Positions 1 to 11,850 of a stretch of 43,481 nt of DNA are shown one piece after another. A program made the position numbers and the translations under genes. This DNA comes from Paraspadella gotoi (Eukaryota; Animalia; Chaetognatha): positions 1-43,481 of the forward strand of contig CM119270.1 of NCBI GenBank assembly GCA_051294375.1. The letters run 5' to 3'. The first letter of the stretch is position 1. Every line of letters starts with the position of its first letter. The notes below the pieces were generated by a model. It was not told the DNA's origin, ran no database searches, and worked only from the letters and a program-made list of their open reading frames with translations.

Positions 1-640
1 TCTCTCTGTGTTTGATTAAAGCTTTAAATTTTCAGTCTGAAATCTTCGGCTAATATTTGGTTATCCTCTTTTGCAACTGAATTGATAAATCTTTGTCTCA
101 GGTTTAAACGAATTTTGTTTGCCATTCTTCATCGCTAATTCCTTCTTATTGGAAAACAAACCGTCCAGTGATTTGACAAAGTCAGCAAGAAAAAGTTTCA
201 AACTCGTCTAGAGTTTGCTGCAGTTTGTACTGGGAATGGAGCATGTTCCATTTCTAAAATGCAACTAACGCAGGAAATCCCCTTTCTTTGGTGATGAAGT
301 CTTACACGTGATCGATAAATGTTGTAGTCCATAAGAAGAAAAAACAGGGATATTTTTTGCCATTGATTAGACATCGAGCTGTTTGATCGCGTTATAAAAA
401 ATCTACATTCACACACTTTTGTCATAAATTTTCAGGAACCCAGTTTTTTCCATAACCTCTCCAATTCTACCCAATGGCTTTCTTTGTTTCTTCTTCAGTT
501 GATTCTTAAATAAACCTGAGCCATCACATTGGAACACTTTCAGTGCTGAACTCCATACGAGTCGACGAATTTGTGGCCAGTGTAGTAATTTCTTTATCTT
601 TTTTGTCTGCCTTCATTGTTCAATCGAAGTTTCTTCAGAC
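1..640 (-). pseudogene. Possible degenerate hAT-like transposase fragment
   Basis: Minus-strand pieces broken by frameshifts and stops read STR/WSSALKVFQ (like the hAT TRWNS motif), FYNAIKQLD and MANKIRLNLRQRF...ILAEDFRLK (like L..RF...A..LDPR.K), in the expected order. No intact ORF and no TIR seen. Confidence 0.3.
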
Positions 641-896
641 GCGGGACTGAAACTTGATTAGTCATTTCTCGTTGAGATTCTGAAAAATCTTGAGCTGGTT
701 TTAATTCCAATTGACTTGCTGACAAGAACTGAAGCGGTCGGCCGCTTACCGCATTTAGTTGAATTTGAGAGAAGTCTATGATTGAAAGTCAGGGAGTTTG
801 TAAAGTCAATGAGTTTTTTGAAGTCCAGGCAAGTTCTTGAAGTCAATGAGTTTGAAGAAAACATCGATCGTGCTAGAAAAGGGTAAAAGAGGATAT

Positions 897-1756
897 TTGG
901 CAGGAGATATTAACGTTCGGCGAGGTTTAGTACAGGATTAACAATAACACATGTCAATGGAAATACTAAGTCTAAGAAGAGGACAATAGGAATAAAGGCC
1001 TGGGGGAACATTTTAGGAGGACAATTTTAACAAGGTCACATAAACGGTGAGAGAGTGAGAGAGAGAGAGAGAGAGAGTAGTTTTAAACTTCAAAGGTCGC
1101 GAGTCCGTGAAGTTCTGCCCACATCCCCCCACCGAGACTTCGACGGCCGGTGGGGACGGAGGCTGATAGAGTTTTGTGATCGTTTCGTCTGTCCGTGCGG
1201 GATGTTGTACATTGACGCGGAGATGTTGCATCAAGTTAGGGAATTGGGCACATCATTTTGTCGCTGCATGATTCTCAGGATCGAGGGTGATGCTGGCGGC
1301 GGCGGAGGGACCATCGGCGCCGGTGGGATGAACGGGGGCGGTGGCGGGACGGAGTAGATATGGGGGCGTCCACGCCTCGGCGCCAGTGGAGGATCAGGTT
1401 GGGTGACGTCGGCGACGGAGATCGCCGGCTTGAGGCGGTCGACGGAAATAGTTTCGATGCCCCGACCCGGGATTTCGACCCGGGATTTCGACCCGGGATT
1501 TCGACCCGGGATTTCGACCGATTTCGACCGATTTCGACCCGGGATTTCGACCTTGAACGTTTTTTTTTTAAGGTGAAAATTTCGATTTGTTCTCTTTCTA
1601 TTTCTTTTATTTTATTCGTCGTGGCTCACTACGTGTGGCAGGAGATATTAACGTTAAGAGGTTTAGATCGAGAATGAATTTATTCTCCAAAGAAACCGAT
1701 AACAATAACAATTGAAATACTAAGTCTAAGACATGTTAACACGGTCACATAAACGG

Positions 1757-1799
<43 letters not shown>

Positions 1800-1841
1800 T
1801 AGTTCGTAAACTTCGAAGGTCGCGAGTTCGAGTCTGCCACA
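897..1841 (-). mobile_element. Miniature non-autonomous Gypsy-type LTR retrotransposon (TRIM-like) #1
   Basis: Direct repeats 897-1123 and 1634-1841 with T(G)TGGCAG...CTGCC(C)ACA ends; 4-bp TSD ATAT at 893-896 and 1842-1845. On the minus strand a PPT GGTGGGGGGA abuts the 3' LTR and a degenerate PBS TAGTGAGCCACGACG follows the 5' LTR. The internal remnant translates KTFKVEIPGR..GIETISVDRLKPA (integrase C-terminal motif). Confidence 0.85.
1463..1552. repeat. 13-bp tandem repeat (CGACCCGGGATTT)n inside TRIM #1
   Basis: About 7 full or partial copies directly visible. Confidence 0.9.
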
Positions 1842-3109
1842 ATATCATGATTAGTAAAATAAAAAAAGGTCTTATATAAATCATCAATTTAAACCTAAAG
1901 GTGTGTCTTACCTATTTAGTACAAATCCATTAATGAAGAAATGAATTATTAGGTTCTTGTGCTTTAATTACAACAAATAGTTTGACGCCAAAGAAAAGCG
2001 AATAGATCTGAAAATTAATGGTTAAGTTATTCTCCTAATGTTGTTTAAATCTAGTTAATTAAGTTAATTATGTTGGTGTTTAAATAACTAATGAGTACAT
2101 CATAATTTAATACTCGCTAATTTCCAGGGTTATATATTTTATACATTTTCATTCTCTCTCTCTCTGTCCGAACTCTGGGATAATAAATGTTAAATTATTT
2201 ATCCACAATTAAACGACTTTTTGTGGCGATATAAATGTAACCGCGCCAATCGCAGTGTCACTGAGGGTCCTAAGCCGCTATGTAAACAATAATGATATAG
2301 ATGTTTGTCAATTATTTGATGATAAAGATATGATGATTTGATTATAAAGATATAAGTTTTTAAAAGTTGAAACGTAACTTACCTCAAAGCAGAGAAAGTC
2401 GGTCTGTGACTTTGTCTTCTTAGCTTCAATTTTTATCGAATCTTGATTTTCGTCTCAATGATTTGACTTCGTTTTTAGATGAGACTAAGATTTTCAAATT
2501 TCAATTAATTTAAATTAGCTGTAATAAAAATATGAATACTTTTCTAACACTCAAAAACAAGTGCATGATTTAGGGATGAAGGTTTTGCGAGGAAAGCCTA
2601 GTTTTTGTGCTACAATAAAAAGAAATATTGCTTTCTGTACTTTTGCAATATTTTTCTTATTTGAAAGAATTTTTTAAATTTTTAGTTATACATATTCTTA
2701 CACTATCTATATTTAAAAAAATATTTTTTTTTTAGTATTTTCCATGCAGTAAATATTTCAAGTTCCCTATTATTTTTCGGCCGATAGAAAAAAAAATATT
2801 TACGGTCGAAGTACTGCTAATCCTTCTCAAAGTAAATATCTCAGTTTATTAAACCTCTCAAAGGAAACTCTGACGTAAGGTCACGGGTCTGAAGTTAATC
2901 AAAGCGTCGCTGCCGAGAGTGAATTCTGCGAGGTTGTGAGGCGCCAGTCAGGCTGGTCATATATCTGTCAGTGTCACTTGGCACTTTAATCAGGGATACT
3001 GTAGAGCAGAATAACTGGTCATTTTTGTCTGTGCCAAGATGACACTTGGATCAGTGTCACTGGTTATTTTCATGAATATCTGCCACTATGTTTTGCAATT
3101 TCTAATTTC

Positions 3110-3270
3110 CTTGTTTCTCTTTCCACTTTTTTCTTTCCAATTTTTTCTTTCCACTTTCCACTTTTCTTTTTCTACTTAACACTTTCTCTTTCCACTTTTT
3201 CTCTTTTCACTTTCCACTTTTCTCTTTCCACTTTCCCTTCTTTTCTCTTTCCTCTTTATCCACTTTTCAC
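3110..3270. repeat. Pyrimidine-rich degenerate tandem repeat (TTTCCACTTTTCTC-like)
   Basis: Recurring tttccactttt units. Confidence 0.75.
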
Positions 3271-3406
3271 TGATTCTACCGAATCGCGATACCAAAATTA
3301 AGTTTATCAAATTCCGTATTTTTCCCAAATTTTGACTAAATTAAAAAACCAGTTGAGTCAGTAACGTTCGAGTTTTTAAACTTTGATTTTTTCTCTCCCT
3401 TTATCT

Positions 3407-3463
<57 letters not shown>

Positions 3464-3745
3464 ATTCATATTTCTTTCCTACGCAAAAAACTAAATAGTT
3501 CGGCCTTGGAACCGGTAAAGTCACTCAGTGCAATGAATGAGGAGTGAAGAGGAGCAAAGTCGAGTTAAGTTTAGTTAAGCGGCGGAGTCGATCTGAGAGG
3601 AACTTCAGTTAAGTTGAATAATATAAAAAAATGAATAAAAGCTTGTAGCAGGAAAGCTTGTATTAAGCTTGTTTCCTCTTTTATTTTCTCTTTCGTTTTT
3701 TTTTTTTTGACACAAAACGATTCGAAAATCAAACTGAATCAGGGA

Positions 3746-3945
3746 TTTTTAGTCAGATCTGCTTATACTATAAGTTATAGCAGAATCGCTTTACGATTCA
3801 CTCTGTCGGTCCGTCGGTCCCACCCCAAAATCTTGTCGGAAAGTTAGTACTTAAAAACATGTCAGAACATTAAATTAGGATAAATTATATAAAAGATTGA
3901 TGTCTGTCCGTCCATCCGTCCGTAGGTCTGTTCGGGCTGATTTAC
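3746..3945 (+). mobile_element. 5' part of a DINE-1/HINE-like non-autonomous Helentron (family A)
   Basis: TTTTTAGTCAGATCTGC start, conserved core ttcactctgtcggtccgtcggtcc and a (GTCC)n tract. Homologous to copies at 10520, 22506, 38086 and 40710; further internal pieces at about 4565-4860. Confidence 0.7.
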
Positions 3946-6883
3946 TTGCAGGATGGAGGCTCACCCTACCGCCAGAACCTTTTCTCGCCCCCGGGTCTCC
4001 TCTTCCCCCTCTTAACGCCTCCTCCTCCTCCTCCCTCGTCGTCCCCTCCTCTTCATCCCGGAGTCACGGATCAGAGTCTGAGAATCGGGCTCACTCTCTT
4101 CTCCTCTCGGTCTCGGGATCTGCACCTGTTTTCCTATCACCATTATATTCATTACCCTACTTACCTCTTTTACCTGATGAGAGACTAGTCAGAACCTACC
4201 TTTAGCTAGATACCCATCTTCCCAGTGGCGCCCAATCAGCGACTTATTTGTACCGATCCGGTTTCTGTTTAATAAAAAAATCATCTTATTAATATTATTC
4301 TGAAAAGTTTATAAAAATCTAAGCATTAAACGAAAATGAAATCTATACCACATTGAAGAGCAGGCAAAATGCTACATTTTGCATACTATACCGAGTGCTT
4401 CGCTTCCTTCCTTTAGAAATATTATATTTGTTATTATTTATAAAAATACTCTCTTTAGACATGTAATTCATTGGTAGAATAATTTTAAACAATCTTTTTT
4501 GTTAACAAATAACAAGTGAAATTTTTACTATGAAAAATTGTAAGATTTGTAAGATTGTAAGAATCGTTCGAGTGGAAATGAGTTTAAATAAAAAAAAACA
4601 AAAAACCTGTTTCCCTATTTGCTTTTTTTCTTTTTTATTAAATGTAAATGCAAACTGCATTAATTATTCAATTAATCAATTAATTAAGCAATCAATTAAT
4701 CAATCAAAAAATTAATGAATCAATTTTTTTATCAATCAATCAAATAATAAATCAATTAATTTATCAATCAACTAATTAATAAATTTATTTATAAATAAAT
4801 TATTAAATGAACCAATTAATTAATTAATCAATAAATTAATCAATCAATTAAACAATATCAGTGTTATCATTGTCGTCATCTCCAATTTCGTTGTTGCTTT
4901 TGTCCTGGTCAGTGACCTGATAAAAAGACCTAAAAACTAACAAATCTGATATGAATTTCATTTAATTGATCAATCAATCATTCAATTAATCATGATCCTC
5001 GTCGTCATCATCATCTTCATCATCATAATGGTCGTCATTTCTTTTGTCATAATGAAAAGACAAAAAAACAAACAAGTTTGAGCTAACAATGCCAGAACTG
5101 ATCAGTTAATTAATTATTCAATCAATCAAATATTCAATCAATCAAAAAATTAAGCAATCAATCAATTTGTCATCGTCGATGTTATCATGGTCGTGGTCGC
5201 CATCATTAATTATTTAATTAATCAATTGAAATTTTTTTTATAATGTTTGCGGTGACTCAAAACAAGAATTTATAGAAAAATTTGAGGTGTATTTTTTGTG
5301 ATAAAGAAAAAACGTGTATTATCAAAAACAGAGTAAAAAATCAAAAATTATAAAAATAATAATTTTGATTTATTTATTTTATATATTTTTTTATTTGCTT
5401 TTTTGTTCAGTGTGAGAGGGGAAAAAAGAAAGAAGATAGAGAAAGAGAGAGAGAGAGAGAGTGTGTGTGTTAGAGACTTTTAAATTTAAAGAAAAACAAC
5501 AAAAATATAAGAAATAAAATTTTTAATTTTATTTAAGTTTAATTTATATTTTAATTTAACTTATAATTACAGTTTTTTTTAGATATGTAGAAAAAATATT
5601 TTGTTCAGCTTAGATTTTATTTCAATATATTAAAAAAAATAATTAAAAAAATAAATATATAATTTTTTTCATAGATTCTGGACCAAAGAGGAAGAGAGAA
5701 CAAAAGAAAAAAAAAGAAGAGAATAAGAAAAAGTGAATAAAAAAATTAAGGGCAAACAATTTTAAATGTTGAAAATAAATATTGAAAAAAAATTTAAAAA
5801 AAAAATCAAGAAAGAGCAGGGGGTAGCAAAGATTTTAATACATTAAAACCTTTCATTTCTAACCAATAAAAACAAATGACCAGGAAGCGAACACGCAGGG
5901 TTATTATAGCTTCCGGGTTCAATCCTTAAATCTTAATTTTTCTATCGCTCCCGGTTTGGGGTTAGGGTTTCCACAGTGTTCGCTTACGCTTTCCGGATCG
6001 CGTCCACATCTCTGGTTGTGACTACGTCAAAAGGTAAAAAAATCAAAAGTTGATCGACAAATATAATGAATTCATTGGGGAAAAGAAGTTAATACTAAAG
6101 ATCGACCTAAAAATTCCAGACGGCGGGCTATAAAATGAGCACATAATTTAAGTATTGCTACAGGAAATGTTTACAATTGAGAAAAATAATACTGTATAAA
6201 ATTTTTATTAAAAAGCTGAATATTCATTATTTTGTTTGAGTCCCAAGTTTTAAAAAAGGATAAAAAAATATTAACTTGAAAAACAAATGAAAAGCGGAAA
6301 AGCGTGTTTCTTTTTCGGCTCAGTTGGTTTGAGTTTTCCTTCGTTTTAAATTCATGATCGAGAGAAAAAGAAAGGTTTTCAAATTTAAATAATGACAAAC
6401 AATGTGTTTTTACTAATTTGAGTTGAGAGAGAGAGAGAGATAAAGAAACGAGAGAAACGAAAAGGAGAGAGAGAGAGAGAAATGAGAGAAACGAAGAGCC
6501 GGAGTTTAATTATTACCCGATTTTTTTCGGAACATGTCAACCGCGCAGTGGAAAAAAGAAGAGGAAGATAGAGGGCGAGAGCGATATGCGAGAGTCAACA
6601 ACATTTCTCTTTCATTAAAGGCAGGTTTCAAAAGGATCTGGACCAATCACCGTCGGTGATTATCTTTTCAACCCAATCAGGAGTCGCGATCCTAAACCGG
6701 GATGGTCGACAAAGTCGGCGAGAATGTTGAGAGTGACTGGAGCTTCTGGAATCTGAACTTAAATAGTAGATCATCATCAAGTCGTTGGATGTGTTCGTGA
6801 GGAGCAAAGAATGACGTTCAAACATCACAAATTAGGGAGACAGGATCCGATCCGTCTCAATAATATCAGAAACCATCAACGTT

Positions 6884-6955
6884 TTTTAGTTGGCGCCGCG
6901 AGTACTCGCGGAGCAACTCATAAGTCACTTTTCGGTCTGTCTGTCGGTAGGTATA
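6884..6955 (+). mobile_element. 5' fragment of a second HINE-like family (family B)
   Basis: ttttagttggcgccgcgagtactcgcggagcaact(c)ataagtcacttttcggtctgtc: a 5' hairpin followed by (GTCY)n. Reverse-complement homologue at 30995-31118. Confidence 0.55.
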
Positions 6956-7149
6956 TCTGAGAAAGAAAAATGAGTTTTTGGTAAATTTTTAAGCAGTGAG
7001 ATTTAACTACAATTAAAATTCTTTAAATTTAATTGTATTACTGTACTACTGTAAGATAATTCTCTTACCCTAGCTTCCTCCATTTTATTCCATCCGCCAC
7101 TCGGTTAATAATTTATATCATTCACGAATCCTCGTCCACGCTCGTCTCA

Positions 7150-7665
7150 CATCCGGCGACCCTCCGCCTCAACGATCCGGCGACCCTCCGTCTCAATGAT
7201 CCGGCAACCCTCCATCTCAACGATCCAGCGACCCTCCCGTCTCAACGATCCGTCTACCTCCGTCTCAACAATCCAGCGACCCTCCGCCTCAACATCCGGC
7301 GACACCCTCTGCCTCAAATGATCCGGCGACCCTCTGCCTCAACGATTCGACGATCCTCGTCTCAAGATCGCAGCGACACTCACCCTCATCAACCGATCTG
7401 GCGACACCTCACGCCTCAACGATCCGGCAACCTCCCGTCCTCAAGAATCCGGCGGACCCTAGCCGGCCTCAACGATTCGGCGACCTGCCTGTAACGCGAC
7501 CCTTCCAACGTCTCGGCGACCATATCGCTCTCAAACGATCCGCCGGCGACCCTCTGTCTCAACGATCCAGCGACCCTCCGTCTCAACAATCTGGCGACCC
7601 TCCGCCTCAACGATCCGGCGACCCTCCGCCTCAACGATCCGGCGACCCTCTGCCTCAACGATCCA
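7150..7665. repeat. 24-bp GC-rich minisatellite (CCTCCGCCTCAACGATCCGGCGAC)n
   Basis: About 21 units, noisy in the middle, ending close to an assembly gap. Confidence 0.95.
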
Positions 7666-8209
7666 AATTTTGTTATTTGTTATATATTAATAAATATTTA
7701 AAAGNNNNNNNNNNNNNNNNNNNNNNNNNNNNNNNNNNNNNNNNNNNNNNNNNNNNNNNNNNNNNNNNNNNNNNNNNNNNNNNNNNNNNNNNNNNNNNNN
7801 NNNNNNNNNNNNNNNNNNNNNNNNNNNNNNNNNNNNNNNNNNNNNNNNNNNNNNNNNNNNNNNNNNNNNNNNNNNNNNNNNNNNNNNNNNNNNNNNNNNN
7901 NNNNNNNNNNNNNNNNNNNNNNNNNNNNNNNNNNNNNNNNNNNNNNNNNNNNNNNNNNNNNNNNNNNNNNNNNNNNNNAGCTAAGGCACATGCGACGACA
8001 GCATTAAGAGAGTGAGGGCAGTCCCTCGTAGAGGACGAACGCCTTGTCAAGTCAAGTCAAGTGAGGGATGTGATGTTGGAAGCGAAGTTTTCCTTGAAGG
8101 ATCCTGAGAGACGCCGAAGACGAGAGTGAGATGAATCTTGTTGGAGTCGAGTGTGTCGTCGAGAATCTAAATGGTTGATGATGAAGAGGTTTTAAAATTG
8201 GATGCAAAG

Positions 8210-8312
8210 ATTATGATCGACTGGCAGCGAGGAAGAATCGAGAATATGATCGACTGGCTGCGAGAAAGAATCAAAATTATGATTGACTGGCAGCAATGAA
8301 GAATCGAGATTA
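8210..8312. repeat. Three copies of a ~34-bp unit (ATGATCGACTGGCAGCGAGGAAGAATCGAGA..)
   Basis: Direct inspection. Confidence 0.8.
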
Positions 8313-10519
8313 TTATTAGGGGTAGCCCCAGTCAATGGGGTGAGTCAAAAATTTAGAATGATTACAGGCTCAAACGAAAATTTATACATTTTGAAGTATA
8401 CTTTCAATGGACAAAACATTTCTTATATGGCTCTATACCCAAATAATTATTTTTTTAATATTTTTTTATAGATAGGAAAGGCCAAAATTTTTTTATAAAA
8501 AATTTTAATTTTAATACCAGATTCAGATAGCTCATAAAAAGTTTTGAGCAAAACAATGTCGATCTGCACCCGACGAGCGGCGGCGACTGCTCCGTAAAGA
8601 GTCGGCTTCTTGCGCGCGCCGTGAAAAAGCATCGCCAAGGCCGCCGTTAGACGGAGTCACCCTTCTTTCGACCGATGCCAGAGACGAGATTGTTCATTTC
8701 GAGACGGAAGTCGTTCATGAAGCGCTCAAAACGATCGTTCAATGAGCGATCGAGAGGAAACTCGGCATCGCGAGGCAAGTAGGCAGCGGCCCCGCCAACA
8801 ATGACGCAAAATACTGCGCTCTGATTGGTCAATCGGATCTCGTGGAGATCAGAGATCGGAGCACCGGATTCTCAAATCCGAGTTCGCGTTTATACGAATA
8901 ATGTATATTACAAGAAAAGGCGTTTGATTTTTAAATTCATGAAATTTTTTAAATAATTTTCAGAATCTACACTTAATAAAGTATAGGAAATTCGAGAGGT
9001 CGAGCTTAATTCGCTCATCGATCAACCTTACTCTTTATATCTCGAAGGACACCCAGTTTTCTCTGTTCTAAACAGATGCTTAAAGTTTAATACATATACA
9101 TGGTGACAATTTTACAAGCGCCGGTAGAAATATGCTGTCATTTGCAAACCAGTGGTTATTTCATTGATTTTAAAAATTAGTTGAGTAGAAAATACTAAAA
9201 CTATTTATGTGTTAAAATTTTATATTGATCAGTTAAGATATGCCTTGACAATGAGTGGAGAAAGTTGGCTTGTAAAATCGGGTTTCATTTTCCAACTCAC
9301 TGTTTTTAAATTAAATTTTTTTTTGGAACTTTTGGCACTTTTTTAAACAAAGTATTTATTAAAATATTAACAATATTAGTATCCTCAGAAAGCCCTAAGA
9401 AATATGAAGAGATTGATATACTTACGAAAGCTCTAAAGGTCTTTTCATACAATTGAAACATTCTTTGAAATATTTTTCACTTCATTGATAGGGAAGCCAG
9501 GTACTCTGGGAGTGAATAAACGAGACTGTGAGAGAGTCTTTATTGAAAGCTTGTAGGGACCTGCTATGTCATTATCTTGTAAGAGTGATGGAGGCCTTAA
9601 ACCACCAAAGCCTGTCCAAAGTCAGGGGCAAGATAGCTTATTTATTAAATGAATGGATAATTTTTATATTGGTTGTACCAATTTCATAAAAAGTAAGCTG
9701 CCCAGTCTTGGTTCAATTAAGAGTGTCAAAAGTGAATTATTTAAAATTTTAAATCTTTTTTTAAAATATATGACCTGTTTAAATTATTAAAACAAAAAAT
9801 ATTTTTATTTATATAAGTATCATGAAAGAGCCTGAGAAAAAAGATTTAAGATAGCCAATCGCAATTTGATAAATATCATAAATTTATTCTCCAGCTATTG
9901 ATTTTTAAAAAGATGTCTCGTTTTTGAGTATCCTAATTAAATTAAAGCTGGGCCAGTTAAATTTTATACTACAGTATTCGTAAGTATATAATTCTCTTTA
10001 TATTTATGATTTTATAAGGATATTACTATAAATATATTGTAATTAATGATACTGTTCCCCAAACAATATAAGCAAAATATTTTTTGTACTCCTTAATCAT
10101 ACAAGCTCACGTCTAAATATCCATGTTTGCTCACTCAAATAAAATTTATATTCCCCAGTGCTCCACTGTAATATACACTTCTTGTTTTTAGCTTCTTGGA
10201 AAATACTTTAGAATCCCCTTTGTGTTACAATAAAATTGTTAACTGTTAACTGTTAACTCAGGTAAATCTTACTATAAATAAGTAGTCAGATCGATATAAC
10301 ATTAATTACTAATTTTCTCTCTAATAATATCAGAGGGTCAGAGGTCACGTGACCGACATGGTGGCCAGCCTCTGGTGGGTTTGTCTTAGTTGGTGGATTT
10401 TCTTGGGTTTTCAGTTGGGATTTTCTTTTCTTCCCCCCCCCCCAAGGGCCGCGAGTTGTTGGACAGGGCGTTGGCCGTCTTCCCTCTTCTCACCAACTTA
10501 TGTTTAACTTGTCATGATA

Positions 10520-10956
10520 TTCGCAGATCCCGGGTCTAAAATTCACTTTGTTGGTCCGCCCCCCCAATCTTGTCATCGAATTATGATAAATCATGCAAAA
10601 AAAATAATGTCCGTCCGTCCGTCTTTTCGTCTGTCTGTCCATCTGTCTGTCCGTCCGTCCGTTGGTCCCACCTTAGCAAAAAACACCAATTACTCGTGAT
10701 TTGATGGATGGATTGGAATGAAATTTTGTGGGTAGGAAAGTGTGTGATTGAGCATGAAATATATTTTCGATGGAAATTGTTGTTTTGTGATTGAGAGGTG
10801 AGACAAGTGGAAAACAATTTTGACACGAATAAAAAAAATTAATTAATTAATTAATTAATTAATTAATTAATTACAAATAATTAATAATTAATATTATATT
10901 ATTAATATTATTATTATTATTATTTTATTTATTATTATTATTATTATTATTTATTA

Positions 10957-10992
<36 letters not shown>

Positions 10993-11060
10993 ATTATCTT
11001 ACAAGCTGCTTACCGCTAATGATCGTGGGCAGATCCGGCACTGTTTGCTCAAACTTGTTC
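10520..11060 (+). mobile_element. Near-complete HINE-like element (family A)
   Basis: Core plus (GTCC)n, AT-rich interior, and a 3' end GGCAGATCCGGC-ACTGTTTGCTCAAACTTGTT (sub-terminal inverted repeat plus short hairpin). Confidence 0.75.
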
Positions 11061-11447
11061 TTTCTAAAATTTAAAAACAATTTTCTGCTCTCGTGAAGGA
11101 TCTAAAGAAATCGTTTTGCTGATCGAAAGAGAAAGAGACTGAGATGATAATTTAGATTTGACATCTCAGGCGACTTGGATATTTTAATTTTCTCCATCGA
11201 CTCAAATAGCGACATGGAGAACGAGAGCCACATCGGCAACCATGATGCTGGAGGAGATGCGCCTGTGCTTGTAGCGAAGGAATTGGACGAGGATGAAGAA
11301 ACGATAAGCGAAGGCGACGAGGATGTTGTGGAATGTGGATGGACCGGATCATCCGGACGCACCGACAAGAACGCAGTTCGACCTCGTTGGGCCACATACA
11401 CCGGTAGCCCCCTGGAAGACAGGGCCTTTGGGTTCATGGTGGACGGC

Positions 11448-11509
11448 CCGGGGTCATTGGCCTGTGACCGGGGTCATTGGCCTGTGACCGGGGTCATTGG
11501 CCTGTGACC
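11448..11509. repeat. 20-bp tandem repeat (GGGGTCATTGGCCTGTGACC) x3
   Basis: Three exact copies. Confidence 0.95.
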
Positions 11510-11850
11510 AGGTAGTGCCAGGGATTGCCTCTCTAATACATCTTGTGTACCAGTTGTCATCTCTGGCCAGCACGAGACAATGAGTTTTTCTGAATGGGAT
11601 TTTCTTAGTTTTGCCTTCTTTTATGTATAATTTCAATATTTTTTATTCATGAGGGCACTTTAAAGGAAATTTAAATTAATAATCTTATTATTTTAAGAAA
11701 TTTTCTTTCTTTTTTTCAAAAATGAACTTTAACCAAGAAAAAATATGAATCAACTCCAAATATTTGTTTTTACAAATTTGAATTTTATTTTTTGCCAACT
11801 GTGATTTAAAAGTGCAAGGAATTCAAATCAACCAGATTCAAAAATTTAAA

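Noticed and set aside
4172-4200. Further hammerhead (CTGATGAGAGACTAGTCAGAACC)
   Set aside because: Lacks the GAAA core and a stem III with cleavage triplet.
6600-6860. Coding exon on the minus strand
   Set aside because: No recognisable motif and no phase-consistent partner exons.
7150-7665. CRISPR-like array or RRRVAGSL repeat protein
   Set aside because: Head-to-tail 24-bp units with no unique spacers, frameshifted between units, eukaryotic context and no cas genes.
8318-9960. Non-autonomous DNA transposon with a GC-rich core (8560-8890)
   Set aside because: The composition is suggestive, but I could not find matching TIRs or a TSD.
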